This document shows, piece by piece, positions 26,233 through 37,420 of a stretch of 64,000 nt of DNA (its first letter is position 1; each line of letters begins with the position of its first letter). Location: NCBI GenBank assembly GCA_963849325.1, contig CAWKHF010000005.1, forward strand, positions 384,001-448,000. Direction: 5' to 3'. The stretch comes from an uncultured Planctomycetota bacterium (GTDB lineage: Bacteria; Planctomycetota; Planctomycetia; Gemmatales; Gemmataceae). The translations under genes were made by a program, and so were the position numbers. The notes beneath the pieces are model-generated. The model was not told the DNA's origin. It worked only from the letters and a program-made list of their open reading frames with translations, and did no database searches.

Positions 26233-27537
26233 ATGAATAGCAGCGACACGACTCGGGACAGCGCCTCGCGGCGCGATTTCCTCAAGACGACGACGGTGGC
26301 GGCTGGCGCCGCCCTGGTCAGCAACCTGAGCCTGGCGCCGGCGGTCCACGCCGCCGGCAGCGATCAGATCAAGGTCGGCATCATCGGCTGCGGCGGCCGC
26401 GGCGGCGGCGCCGGCGAAGACGTCCTTCGCTCCGCCAAGGGCGTCACCATCCATGCTCTAGGCGACGTGTTCTCGTTCCAGGTGGACGGCGCCCGCGGCC
26501 GTCTTTCCAAGCTCGCCCAGAAGGACGACATCAAGGGCATGGGCAACAGCGTGGACGTGGATGGCCGTTGTTTCAGCGGTCTGGACGCCTACAAGCAGGT
26601 GCTCGACAGCGGCATCAACTACGTCATCCTGGCCACCTCGCCGGGCTTCCGGCCCATCCACCTGCAAGCGGCCGTCGCCGCCGGCAAGAACATCTTCACC
26701 GAGAAGCCCGTCGGCGTGGACGGACCCGGTATCCGCAAGGTGCTCGAAGCCTACGAGGAAGCCCAGAAGAAGGGCCTGCACATCGCCGCCGGCACCCAGC
26801 GCCGCCATCAGCTGCCCTACATCGAGACGATGAAGCGCATTCACGACGGCGCCATCGGCGACATTGTCGGCGGTCGTGGCTACTGGATGCAGGGCATCCT
26901 GTGGGCGCGCGATCCGCGGCCGGAGATGACCACCGATGTCGCCAAGCAAATTTGGAACTGGTACAACTACACCTGGCTGTGCGGCGATCACATCGTCGAG
27001 CAGCACGTTCACAACCTCGACGTGCTCAACTGGGCCATCGGCACGCACCCCGTCAGCGCCGTCGGCATGGGTTATCGCACTCGTACCGACCCGCGCTACG
27101 GCCACATCTACGACTTCTTCGCCATCGACTTCAAGTATCCCAAGGGCGTCCACACGCTGAGCATGTGCCGGCAGATCAGCAACTGCGCCAGCGAGGTCGG
27201 CGAATACCTGGTCGGCACCAAGGGCATGTGCCACGTCAACGCCTACAACATCAACGGCAAGAGGGTCGCCGGCAAGGGCGGCACCAATCCCTACGTGCAG
27301 GAACACACCGACCTGATCGAGAGCATCCGTACCGACAAGCCGCTCAACGAACTGAAACAGGTGGCCGAGAGCACGCTGACAGCCATCCTGGGCCGCATGT
27401 CGGCGTATACCGGCAAGGAAGTGTCGTGGGAGCAGGCGCTCAACTCCAAGGAAGACACGATGCCCAAGGATCTGACCTGGGAGATGAGTTTGCCGATGCC
27501 GCCGGTCGCGGTCCCCGGCAAGACGGCGCTGATTTGA
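26233..27537 (+). CDS. Tat-exported Gfo/Idh/MocA oxidoreductase (copy 1)
   Basis: SRRDFLK Tat motif, IGCGGRG, EKPVGVD, EQHVHNLD. Confidence 0.92.
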   Translation: MNSSDTTRDSASRRDFLKTTTVAAGAALVSNLSLAPAVHAAGSDQIKVGIIGCGGRGGGAGEDVLRSAKGVTIHALGDVFSFQVDGARGRLSKLAQKDDIKGMGNSVDVDGRCFSGLDAYKQVLDSGINYVILATSPGFRPIHLQAAVAAGKNIFTEKPVGVDGPGIRKVLEAYEEAQKKGLHIAAGTQRRHQLPYIETMKRIHDGAIGDIVGGRGYWMQGILWARDPRPEMTTDVAKQIWNWYNYTWLCGDHIVEQHVHNLDVLNWAIGTHPVSAVGMGYRTRTDPRYGHIYDFFAIDFKYPKGVHTLSMCRQISNCASEVGEYLVGTKGMCHVNAYNINGKRVAGKGGTNPYVQEHTDLIESIRTDKPLNELKQVAESTLTAILGRMSAYTGKEVSWEQALNSKEDTMPKDLTWEMSLPMPPVAVPGKTALI

Positions 27538-27632
27538 CGAAACGAATGGCTTGACAAGCCCACCGCGCCGGCGACGGAATGGTCTCGCCGTCGGCGCGGG
27601 GGGCGGGTAGCCCGAATCAGGAAAGACCGAGC

Positions 27633-28951
27633 ATGAACGACCCCAACACGAATCGGAAGCGCGCCACGCGGCGTGATTTCCTCAAAACGACGACGGTGGC
27701 GGCCGGCGCCGCCGTGATCGGCAACCTGAGTCTGGCGCCGGCGGTCCACGCCGCCGGCAGCGATCGAATCAAGGTTGGTCTTATCGGTTGCGGCGGTCGC
27801 GGCAGCGGCGCCGCCGAGAATGTGTTGTCCGCCGCGCCGGGCGTCCACATCGTGGCCCTGGGCGACGTTTTCGCCGACCGTCTCCAGGCGGCCCGCGACC
27901 AGCTGACGAAATTCGCCGCGCAAAAGGAGATCCAGGAGCGTGGCAACGCCATCGATCTGCCGGAGTCGCGCTGCTTTGTCGGGCTGGACGCTTACGACAA
28001 GGTGATCAACTGTGCGGAAGTCAACTACGTGATTCTGGCGACGCCGCCCGGCTTCCGTCCCCTTCACCTGCAAGCGGCCGTCGCCGCCGGCAAGAACATC
28101 TTCGCCGAGAAACCCGTCGGCGTGGACGGACCGGGTATCCGCAAAGTGCTGGCCGCCTACGAAGAGGCCCAGAAAAAGGGCCTGCACATTGTCGCCGGCA
28201 CGCAACGCCGCCATCAACGAGCTTATCTGGAAACCCTGAAGCACATCCAGGACGGAGCGATCGGCGAGCTGGTCGGCGGCCGCTGTTACTGGAACCAGGG
28301 TACGCTGTGGAAGCGTCTGGCCAAGCCGGGCGTGACCGACGTCGCCTATCAGATTCACAACTGGTACGCCTTCCCCTGGCTGAGCGGCGATCACATCGTC
28401 GAGCAGCACGTCCACAATCTCGACGTGCTCAACTGGGCGTTCGGCGCCCGCCGGTGGCGGCCGTGGGCATGGGCTACCGCGTGCCCCGCGATGAGGGCTT
28501 CGGTCCCATTTACAACTTCTTCGCCATCGACCTGGAGTATCCCAAGGGCGTCCACGCCCTGAGCATGTGCCGTCAAATCGACAACTGCGTCAACGAGATT
28601 GGCGAGCACCTCGTCGGCAGCAAGGGCCACTGCCACGTCAACGCCTACAACCTCAACGGCAACGTCCTGTTCAAGCGCGCCCAGTTGAAGCAACATGCCA
28701 ACCCCTACGTGCAGGAGCACACCGACCTGATCGAGAGCATCCGCTCCGGCAAGCCGCTCAACGAGCTGAAACAGGTGGCCGAGTGTACGCTGACGGCCAT
28801 CCTGGGCCGCATGTCGGCGTACACCGGCAAGCGTGTCTCGTGGGAGCAGGCGCTGAACTCGAAGGAAGACACCATGCCCAAGGATCTGACCTGGGACACG
28901 CACTTGACGGTGCCGCCGGTGGCCATGCCCGGCAAGACGCCGCTGATTTGA
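27633..28951 (+). CDS. Tat-exported Gfo/Idh/MocA oxidoreductase (copy 2; frameshift ~28450)
   Basis: TRRDFLK, IGCGGRG, EKPVGVD, EQHVHNLD. Confidence 0.9.
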
Positions 28952-29027
28952 CGGACGAGCCGCACATCCACCCGGAGGGTCGGGCGACGCTCCGGGTGGA
29001 CGGCGATCGATGGCCAGCTCTCTCCGC

Positions 29028-29877
29028 TCACGTCTCCGGGTCGATCCCCAACGCACGCAGTTGGGCGGCCAGTCGCTCGGCGCGTTGGCGTTCCTGCTCG
29101 GCGCGTTGCCGTTCTTGCTCGGCGCGTTGGCGCTGCTGCTTGGTTCGCTTTCGCGCGCTGGGTCTGTTGCTCGGCCTGTTCGGTGCGTTCCTGGCCGGTG
29201 GGTATGAGGAAGCCGTCGCGGTCGCACCAACGCAGCCAGTTGCGTTCGGACCACTCTTCATAAACGCCATCCCATAACGTCAAGCCCAGTCCCACCTTGG
29301 GCAGCCACGCGGTCTTGGCAGGTCGATAGACGCCCCCGCGCAAAGCGAAGACGCGCAGGATGCCGCCGTCCAAGTGATTATCCGGATCGTAAATGACGTA
29401 ATAGGGGACCGGGATGCTCTCGTATTCGTCCTTCTTGTAGTCCTCCTCGCCGCCGCGGCGATCCGAGACGAACTCGATGGCCACTTCCGGCGGTTTGCCG
29501 ACGATCCAGGTGAAGTAAGAATTGTTCTCTTTCCGCGACAGATCTCTGCCGACGGGGTAATCGAGGCTGAGCATGACGTCCGGAACCAGCGGTGGTTTCT
29601 TCGAGTAGAAGAGTCCCACGTTGGAGAAAACCACGAAGGTGCGGCCGCCCGCCGGCTTCCACGACACGTACAACGGCTCGGTTAGCAGCCGGTACTGCTT
29701 TTCCGCGTAGATGCTTTCCACGGGTTCGCCGTCCTCGATGACCAGATCGTCGATATTGGGCCACTCTTGGGATGGTAATGGGGAAGGCGTATTATCACCT
29801 GGTCCAGTCGGCGACCACGAAGGGGGGTCCAGTGGATTCGTGGGATCGATGATGTCGTCGTCCACAGCGTCTCCCAT
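29028..29877 (-). CDS. Uma2 family endonuclease with coiled-coil tail (frameshift ~29150)
   Basis: VPDVML, PEVAIEFVS, YYVIYDP, WLRWCD, RAEQERQ repeats, LRALGIDP. Confidence 0.88.
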
Positions 29878-29979
29878 CGGTAAGGGGGGAGAATGACGGA
29901 GAGATCTGTTGGCGATTGTAGCGGCGGGAGAGGGAGAAAGGGTAGCCCGGTTGCCGCTGGCGGCTTCGTGTCTGTCCGT

Positions 29980-30094
29980 TAAGCCCCTCTCCCCCGGTAC
30001 TCCGGGGGAGAGGGGTTGGGGTGCGGATTCCGCGGGTTTGTCGCCCCCTCACCCCCAACCCCTCTCCCCCGAGTACGGGGGAGAGGGGGGCTTA
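29980..30094. repeat. Compound CCCCTCTCCCCC...GGGGGAGAGGGG palindromic element
   Basis: Two hairpins in inverted arrangement. Confidence 0.75.
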
Positions 30095-30140
30095 CGGGAC
30101 CGACTCTTAGCGTTCCTCGCCAAGCCGCCGGCGGCCCCGA

Positions 30141-32056
30141 TCACTTATTCTCGTACTTCCGCAGGATCTCCTCGCGCGGCACGCCGGCGATCGACTCGAA
30201 GCCGCCCGCCAGGATCAGGTCGGCCAGCTGGCTCACGTCGCGGAAGTAGCGATCGCTCGGCCGTTTGCCCGTCAGCTTGCGGCGCAGATCCTGACACAAA
30301 ATGTCCGCGGCGGCGGCCGAGGCTTCGTTGCCCTGGCGATGGCCCCACAGGGCCGTCACCAGAATGACCACGTTGTCCTGCATGCGCTGCGACAACTCGG
30401 CCATGCGGCACTGGCGATCGGCCAGCTTGAGCTGATACTTCTCCATCGCGCCCGTCACCTCGCCGCGCAGCCGGCCGAAGCCGTCCAGGGCGAAATCGAC
30501 GTGATCGGCCAGGCGTTTGTCCATGCCCGGCACCTGCTGGCGATCGCGCGGCGCGAGCATTTGACCGACTTTCCAGCGTGCATAAGGGGCCAATTCTTTG
30601 CGCAGCTTCCAGGCGTGCAGCGGGTTGAGCGGGTTGGGCTTCTTGATCCCTAGCCGTTGCACCGCCTTGCCGATCGGCTCGAAGAAGCGCTTGCCGTGCT
30701 CCTTGACCAGCGACTTGAAGAACGCCATGCCCAGCATCTCGCCCTCGCCCTCGTAGATGCACGGGGCCAGGAAGTCGTAGACGTTGTCGCCGAAGAGGTG
30801 GCCCTTGAGGAACGAGCGGCCGCCGTGCGTCTTCATGAACAGCTCGATGGCGGCTTCCTTCATGGCCTCGCTGCCGAAAATCTTGGCGATGATGCACTCC
30901 ATCTCGCCGCGGTAGCCCTCGTCGATCAGCCAGGAACCCCAGGCCACCAGGGCGTCGGCGCCGGCGATGAGCCCGGCCAGGCGGGCGATGCGCCGCTTGA
31001 CCAGCTCGCGCGTGGCGATGGGCTGGCCGTAGGTGCGGCGAAACTCGGCCCACGGCAGCAGGTTGGCCAGCATCACGCCGCATGCTGCCGGCCGCTCCGG
31101 CACACAGCGACACGCGGCCCAGGTTCAGGCCGTGATAGGCGATGGTCAGACCGTCGCCGATCGGCGGCTTGAGCAGGTTTTCCTTCGGCACGCGGAAATT
31201 CGTGAAGCGCAGGCCGTTGTTGTAGGCGTGCCGCAGGGCGTACAGACCATAGGGCACGACCTGGAAATGCTCGTTCTCCTGGGTCGGCAGATCGACAACG
31301 AGCACGGCCGGCTTGCCGTCGAGCAGCACCACCAGGCCGGCGGTGCGGCCGGGGATGACGTTGGTGATGAACAGCTTTTCGCCGTTGACGACGTAGTAGT
31401 CGCCGTCGAGTACGGCGGTGGTGCGCAGGGCGGTGAGGTCGGAGCCGGCGCCCGGCTCGGTCAGGGCGAAGCCGGACAGCGCCTGGCCGTTGGCGAGCCT
31501 GGGCAGAAAGCGCTCCTTCTGCTCCGGGCGTGCCGAAGGTGCGCACCGGATCGACGGCGCCGATGCAGCCGTGGATCGAGGCCAGGCCGGCGATCATGGC
31601 ATCCTGCGTCGCCATGCGCGTCAGGAAGTTGCTGAAGCGCGCGAACGGCGCGCCCTGTCCGCCGTAGCGCGGATCGATGAGCAGACCCCAGTAGCCGGCG
31701 CCGGCCAACTCCTGAAGCGTCTGGGGCGAGACCTTGCCGTGCTCGTCGTGGATCTGGCCCTCGGCGCGGCGGCGGCGGACGATCTCGAGCGACGCCTCCA
31801 TGCAGCGATCGCATGGCGCGGACGCCGGCAGCGGCGGCGGAGAGAACAGATCGAGCGGCACGTGGCCGTCCCAGACCGCCTTGTGGATGGGGCTGTTGGC
31901 CGTCTGGTACTGCGGCTTGAAGAGCGATTCGACCTGTTCGTCGGCCCGGTCCACGGCGCCGGTGCGCCGAGCTTCCTCTTCCGTCTTGCCGCCCAGCCGC
32001 AAGGCCGTCTCGGCAAAGCTCTGCTGGTCCCGATCTGCTGGCGTGACCGTGTTCAT
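30141..32056 (-). CDS. Acyl-CoA dehydrogenase family protein (frameshifts ~31085, ~31530)
   Basis: [35 protein letters not shown]. Confidence 0.9.
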
Positions 32057-32464
32057 CGTTCCTTCCGCCTTGTGCTTGAGGGAAACATTCGCCGAAGACG
32101 ACCGTGGTTTTACACCATCCTCTATTTTCATTCTACGCCCGAGAGGCGAACGGGATCGCATCCGCAATTGTTCCCGATGATTGGCCCCTCGGCTCCGCCT
32201 GGCGAAGTGGGGTAGACCTTGCCTGCCGGGGAAACTCACGCACAAAAGGGAAACCAGGCAGATCGAGACCTTTCGGCCTGCCGTGCCGGTGTCGCAGGCA
32301 AGGATTGTGCATCTCAGGCACAACCGGAGGGTTGTTTTGAACGTATGATAGATTGAGAATAAATGGGTCGCGCCGGCTGTGGACCCCCGGCCTGGCCGCT
32401 CGGCGTCCTCCTCGATAGACCATCACCCGACGCAACGGTCTCCACTCGAAAGGGGTTGTGCGTC

Positions 32465-32946
32465 ATGCGTGCGTTGTCGTATCTCGGCCTGGCGGCCGTC
32501 GCCCTCGTGGGTTTGGTCCCAGCCGCCCCGTGAAGTGTTTGCGCGTCTGCGGCAGTGCCGCCGCGCCGGCGGCGCAGACGGTGGTGCCGCCACCGCCCTC
32601 GGTGCCCACTCTGCCCGACCCGGACAGCGCGCCGCTCCCGCCCGTCGTGACCACGCTGCCGCCTCCCGCGATGCTGCCGCCCACGGGAACGCCTCCGGTG
32701 GTAATCCCGGTACGGCCGATGACCGTGAACGAATTCGTCGCCGCCTTCAAACCCTTGCCGGGGAAGTACGAGGTGCTCCTGATCCATCCCAAGACCGGCG
32801 TTCCGGTCAAGGTACACTTCGCGCTGCCGCCCGGCTGCATTCGCACGGTGCGCGTCACTGCGCACAAGATCGCGTTCGTCTACGCCGGCCGCTGCGACGT
32901 CGTGATCCGCTTTTTGCACAGCGGCAAGGTGTGGGTACGAGGCTAA
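32465..32946 (+). CDS. Small exported proline-rich hypothetical protein (frameshift ~32525)
   Basis: Signal-like MRALSYLGLAAVALV followed by a Pro-rich and a beta-rich segment. Confidence 0.55.
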
Positions 32947-32978
32947 TCGCCCCGGACGGCCGCGAGGGAGATTAACCA

Positions 32979-33779
32979 ATGGCCACGGACGACCTGACGG
33001 CTTATCGCGAGGCGGCGTGCGAGGCGGCGCGGCGCGGGGCGGCGGTGCTGGAGGACTGGCGCAGCCGCTTCCAGGTCCGCGAGAAGGCACGCTTCGACCT
33101 CGTCACCGACGCCGACCTCGCTTCGCAGCGGACCATTTACACTTACCTGCACGAGCGCTTCCCCGACCACGCCTTCCTCGGCGAGGAGGAGGGCGCGTCG
33201 AAGGCGCGGCCGGCCGCCGACGCGCCGCCGACGTGGATCGTCGATCCGCTGGACGGCACCACCAACTACGTCCACGACTGCCCGATGTACTGCGTCTCCA
33301 TCGGTCTGCAAGTGGCCGGCGAGTTGGTCGTCGGCGTGGTGCTGGACCCACGGCAAAAGGAGTTGTTCGTCGCCGCGAAGGGACAGGGAGCGTGGCTCGG
33401 CTCGCGCCGTTTGCATACCAGTCCGGCTGCCACCTTGGAGGAGGCGCTGCTGGCGACGGGCTTTCCACCGGACCTGCGCGGTCAGGAGCGAACGCTGGCG
33501 TGGTGGCGTTACTTCTCGCTGCGGGCACGTTCGCTGCGCCGCACCGGCTCGACGGCGCTGAACCTGGCGTACCTGGCGGCGGGGCGTTTCGATGGCTACT
33601 GGGCCTTCGACAATCACGTCTGGGACGTGGCCGGCGGTGTCGTGCTGGTCCGCGAGGCCGGCGGCCTCGTCACCAACGTCGATGGCACGCCCTTCGACCC
33701 GTATACTCCCGATGGTTTGGCCAGCAACGGCCCGCTGCATCCGCTGCTGCTGGAGGCGCTGCGGAACGGGGCGGCGTGA
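32979..33779 (+). CDS. suhB: Inositol monophosphatase family protein
   Basis: GEE, WIVDPLDGTTNY, RRTGS, WDVAGG. Confidence 0.9.
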   Translation: MATDDLTAYREAACEAARRGAAVLEDWRSRFQVREKARFDLVTDADLASQRTIYTYLHERFPDHAFLGEEEGASKARPAADAPPTWIVDPLDGTTNYVHDCPMYCVSIGLQVAGELVVGVVLDPRQKELFVAAKGQGAWLGSRRLHTSPAATLEEALLATGFPPDLRGQERTLAWWRYFSLRARSLRRTGSTALNLAYLAAGRFDGYWAFDNHVWDVAGGVVLVREAGGLVTNVDGTPFDPYTPDGLASNGPLHPLLLEALRNGAA

Positions 33780-33800
33780 CCAGTCTCCGCCCGAGTCCCC

Positions 33801-35346
33801 TTATTTGTCCGGGCGGGCAAAGCGGTAAGTGACGAGCGATCGAGCGGGCAATGTGTCCGCAAAACTCCCGGCGCCTCTTGTGAGTTCCGGCAGGTCGGCC
33901 CTCTCTTCCGTGGCGCTGGTGCGGCTGCGCGTGGCGGTGGTCACGGGGGACCATTTGCCCGTCAGTTTGAGGGCGATGGAGGCGTCCTTGTCCTGCACGT
34001 TCACGATATGGACAACGAGCGTCCGGCCATCGGCGGAGAGAAAGCCCGTGGGCTTGACGCCGGCCTGGCCGTCGCCGCTCGCCCCCGGCCCGGTGAGACC
34101 GATTTCGACAACGCGCATGCCGGGCGTGAGTGGCTCGGCCCACTGTCGAAAGAGGTGGTAGGCCTTTGTCAAACGGTAATCCTTGCCCCAGTCCACGTGG
34201 ATCAGGGCTTCGCCGCTCTCGCGTGGCGGATACACCCAGTCATAGGCCATCCACACGTTCGCCCCGCCTTTGAACGCCTCGTGCATGGCTCGGCCGTATT
34301 CGGTCGCGGAGTTAATCATCCCCGGAGAGGCGTCTTTTTTCCGGGCACACCATTCGGTCATCCACACCGGACGTTCGCCGGCAAGTCGTCGCAAGGCACC
34401 CCAGCGGTCGCCGCGCGGGTCGTAATCGTGCGAGGCAACCACGCCGAGGTAGCGTCCGGCCGTTCTCAGAAGGGGTGGGACGTAATCCTGGGCTGCTCCC
34501 GGCGCACTCAGCGTATTCGGCCCGACGAGTTTGGGACGCGGGACCTCCGGGTGACGGCGGGCCATCTTTTCCAGATATTCTCCCACCGTCTTGAAAACCA
34601 CGGCGTGGCGCTGAGGAGTCCAGAAGCAGCCGGGCTGGGTGTGCGGCCAATCGGGTTCGTTGGCGATACAGAGGTACTGAATGGGAGCGCCATTCCGCTG
34701 CATGTGGGCGAGGAACGCCCACACGTACTCGCCGAGTTCCAGTTCCATGCCGGGTTTGAGTGTAGCGCGGGCTTCGCCGCCGCCGGAGGCGGCGTTGTTC
34801 GTTTTCATCCACGGCGGCGGCGTGGTGAGCGTGGCGAAGAGCTGAATGTCCTTTCGCCGTTTCAACGCCGCCTTGGCAATCCGCAGGGTGTGCGCAATAC
34901 GCGAAGTTCTTCTCGTCGAAAGCGGGCGTCCAGGGGTCGGCGTTATCGTTCTCCGGCTCATGGGTTTCGCGGATCATGAGCTGCAGGTATCGCGTGGGCA
35001 CGCGGGCGAACATATCGTCGTAGAGCTGCTGCTGCCGTTTGTCGTTGTCCCGCGCGGCCAGGCTGGTAATGTGCCCCTCGTAGAAGATTGCGCCCGCGCC
35101 GAGTCCTTGAAAAACCTGTCGGGTCCGTGCCGTCTGCACGGTGATGCGCGTCTCTTGCGAATGAGCGAAGCCGCAAAGAGGAGAAGCCAGCAGAGCGCAA
35201 CCAAATAGGAAGCCAACGCCCTGCCACGCCGCGGGTCGCGGCAGTAGCCGTCGGGCGGACTTGCTTGGGCGGGCTGAGGGATTCCGTCTCCGGACGATCT
35301 CTCGCCTCCGCGCAAGCCACAAGAGGGACGGAAGGATTCGGTACAT
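33801..35346 (-). CDS. Glycoside hydrolase, GH30-like (frameshift ~34895; start uncertain)
   Basis: QVFQGLGA, TPPPWMKTN, ANEPD, SHDY, WMTEW, C-terminal LPARSLVTY. Confidence 0.8.
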
Positions 35347-35418
35347 GATTTGTCCTCGTATCGGCTATCCTTCTTGGCGGTTTCCCGCCGCGAAAGCTCC
35401 GACGTTGACGGCGCCCGC

Positions 35419-36375
35419 TCAGGAGGTTGACGCCTCCCGCTGCGCCGGGGTCGCCAGCACGATCCGCTGTCCTTCCGCTCGGCTGCGCGACGCCGCCCGC
35501 AGCCAGGTCAAGGCCTGGTAGGCATCCTCGAAACTCGGCCGCATCGTCTGTCCCGATCGGAGGGCCAGGATGAAGCGCTCCAGTGCCGCCTGCTCCGCCG
35601 TGCGCGGCGGCAAGCGCTGAGCGTGCTGGCCGTCGGCATCGCGCCAGCGCAGTTGTCGCGGCCATCCCGCCGTCGCCGTGCCCGTCTCCGCGACCACCTC
35701 GAACCGTCCCGGCGTCCGCCCCGTCGCGGCCGTCCACAGCGTCACCTGCGCCAGCCGTCCGCCGCCGAACGAGAGCACCAGCGTGGCGAACGATGCCCCT
35801 TCGCCTTCGACCGCCCATACGCTCCGCGGCGTATCGTCCAGCAGCCAGGCACAGCCGGCCAGGAGCGGCAGCACGACCGGATGGTGCAGCAGGTCGCGCC
35901 CCGAGCCGGCAGGGTCCACGGCCCAGTCCGCGCGCACCAGGCGCGCCTGCCCCAGTCGATGCGTCAACAATTCGCGCAGATACAGCGTTGCCGGTGACAG
36001 CACGGGGGCCAAGGCCATGAGCACGGGCAGGCCGCTGTCGTGGATTTGCTGGCGCAGAGCGTCGGCGTGCGCGTCGTCGCCGTCGAGCGACTGGGCGCAA
36101 AGGACCGGCTTGTTGGTCGCGCAGGCGCGTTCGAGTGGCCACAGACCGAACCACTGCGCGTCGAGCAGCAGCACCGCCTCGACGTCGGCGCGCTCGAGCA
36201 GTTCGACGGGTCCGCCCGCGACGGTGCAGCGCAGCAGTCGCGCCGCGGCCTCGGCGCGGCGAACGACCTGATCGCACACGGCCCGCACCTCAATGTGGTC
36301 GCCCAGCCGGGCCAGGACCGGCCGATACCGCCGCCAGCGTCGGCCCAGGCCAATCACTCCTACGCGCAGCCGCAT
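35419..36375 (-). CDS. Gfo/Idh/MocA-like oxidoreductase
   Basis: LRVGVIGLG, AVCD, Rossmann-like N-terminus. Confidence 0.75.
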   Translation of the reverse strand: MRLRVGVIGLGRRWRRYRPVLARLGDHIEVRAVCDQVVRRAEAAARLLRCTVAGGPVELLERADVEAVLLLDAQWFGLWPLERACATNKPVLCAQSLDGDDAHADALRQQIHDSGLPVLMALAPVLSPATLYLRELLTHRLGQARLVRADWAVDPAGSGRDLLHHPVVLPLLAGCAWLLDDTPRSVWAVEGEGASFATLVLSFGGGRLAQVTLWTAATGRTPGRFEVVAETGTATAGWPRQLRWRDADGQHAQRLPPRTAEQAALERFILALRSGQTMRPSFEDAYQALTWLRAASRSRAEGQRIVLATPAQREASTS

Positions 36376-36495
36376 AATCGCTCCCGTCCGTCCGGCGAAG
36401 TCCGCCGCTCGCCTTGTCGGCGAGCCTTCGATTACTGTATACTCCGCCGCGCGCTCGGACCATGCGGCCTCCTCATGAGAATTCATGAGAAGCGA

Positions 36496-36524
36496 TTGAC
36501 CCCACGGCGGACCCTCGGTAACAT
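36496..36524 (+). promoter_or_regulatory. Sigma70-type promoter for tRNA-Cys
   Basis: TTGACC-N17-TAACAT, 11 bp upstream of the tRNA. Confidence 0.6.
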
Positions 36525-36535
36525 GCCTGGATCGC

Positions 36536-36606
36536 GGCCCCTTCGCCAAGTGGTAAGGCAGCGGATTGCAAATCCGCTATCCCCGGTTCGAATCCGGGAG
36601 GGGCCT
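36536..36606 (+). tRNA. tRNA-Cys(GCA), copy 1
   Basis: Acceptor GGCCCCT/AGGGGCC, anticodon arm GCGGA-TTGCAAA-TCCGC, T arm CCCGG-TTCGAAT-CCGGG, discriminator U. Confidence 0.96.
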
Positions 36607-37420
36607 CTTGTCTCAATCCGTCGCAATCGCCCTCATCCACTCTCAAACCCTTCCCACGATCAAGACTTGCGCTGCAGGGCGTTCGGGGCACTTCCGCCGC
36701 CTCATCCTCAATCAATCTCAGCGAAGCGCAATCGCTATCAGATTTCTGTGTAAGCGCCGTGTAAGCGCCATCAACGATCATTGATGCGTCGGTGCCGGTG
36801 GGGCGGAGCGCCGCCGCCTCGCGGCCGGCATCCAGCGGCAAGAAGCTCGGCAACCGCTCAACGGCGCCGGCCAGGTCGTACAGGCGACGGTGCGCGTAGC
36901 GGGCCATCAGCGTCGGCGTCGAATGGCCGGCCAGTTCTTGCAATGTCCGCAGGTCGATGCCGGCGCGGGCGCCCAGCGTCAGGTAGGAATGCCGCAGACT
37001 GTGGAAGTCGGCGTACAGCGGGCCGTCCGGTCCCTCAATGGTGTAGGGAATGCCGGCCGCTTCCAGGTCGATCCGCAGCATTTCCGCCGCCTTCCAGTCC
37101 TTCGCCCATGTACCGCCCCAAACGGGCAGACCGGCCGGTTTATCGGCGAGGTAGTTCCGCAGTAGTTCCGCCACGTCCGGCGGCAGCGGCTGCACCTTGG
37201 TCTTGCGGCTCTTGTTCCGGCGGGCCGGCCCCGCCCCGCTCGGTTCTGAGGACGAACGCGACGGAGCCGGCCAAAGGATCGATACAGTGTACGCGGACGG
37301 GGCGGACGAACAAAGGTCCGTAGGCGGTCAACGCAACCGGGATCGGCCTCACGGCGGGAGCGTCCAGGCCAGTGGCGGCGAACCGCTCCACGGTGTCCGA
37401 TCCAGCGTTCGCGTGTCTGC

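Larger units (their letters stand above)
36473..37230 (-). pseudogene. Tyrosine integrase C-terminal fragment; frame stays open across the tRNA
   Basis: DFHSLRH, LAGHS..LMARY catalytic motifs; N-terminal and first Arg regions absent. Confidence 0.85.

Noticed and set aside
32218-32304. Inverted repeat CCTTGCCTGC/GCAGGCAAGG between divergent genes
   Set aside because: Only 10-bp arms in GC-rich DNA, with no recognisable RNA family
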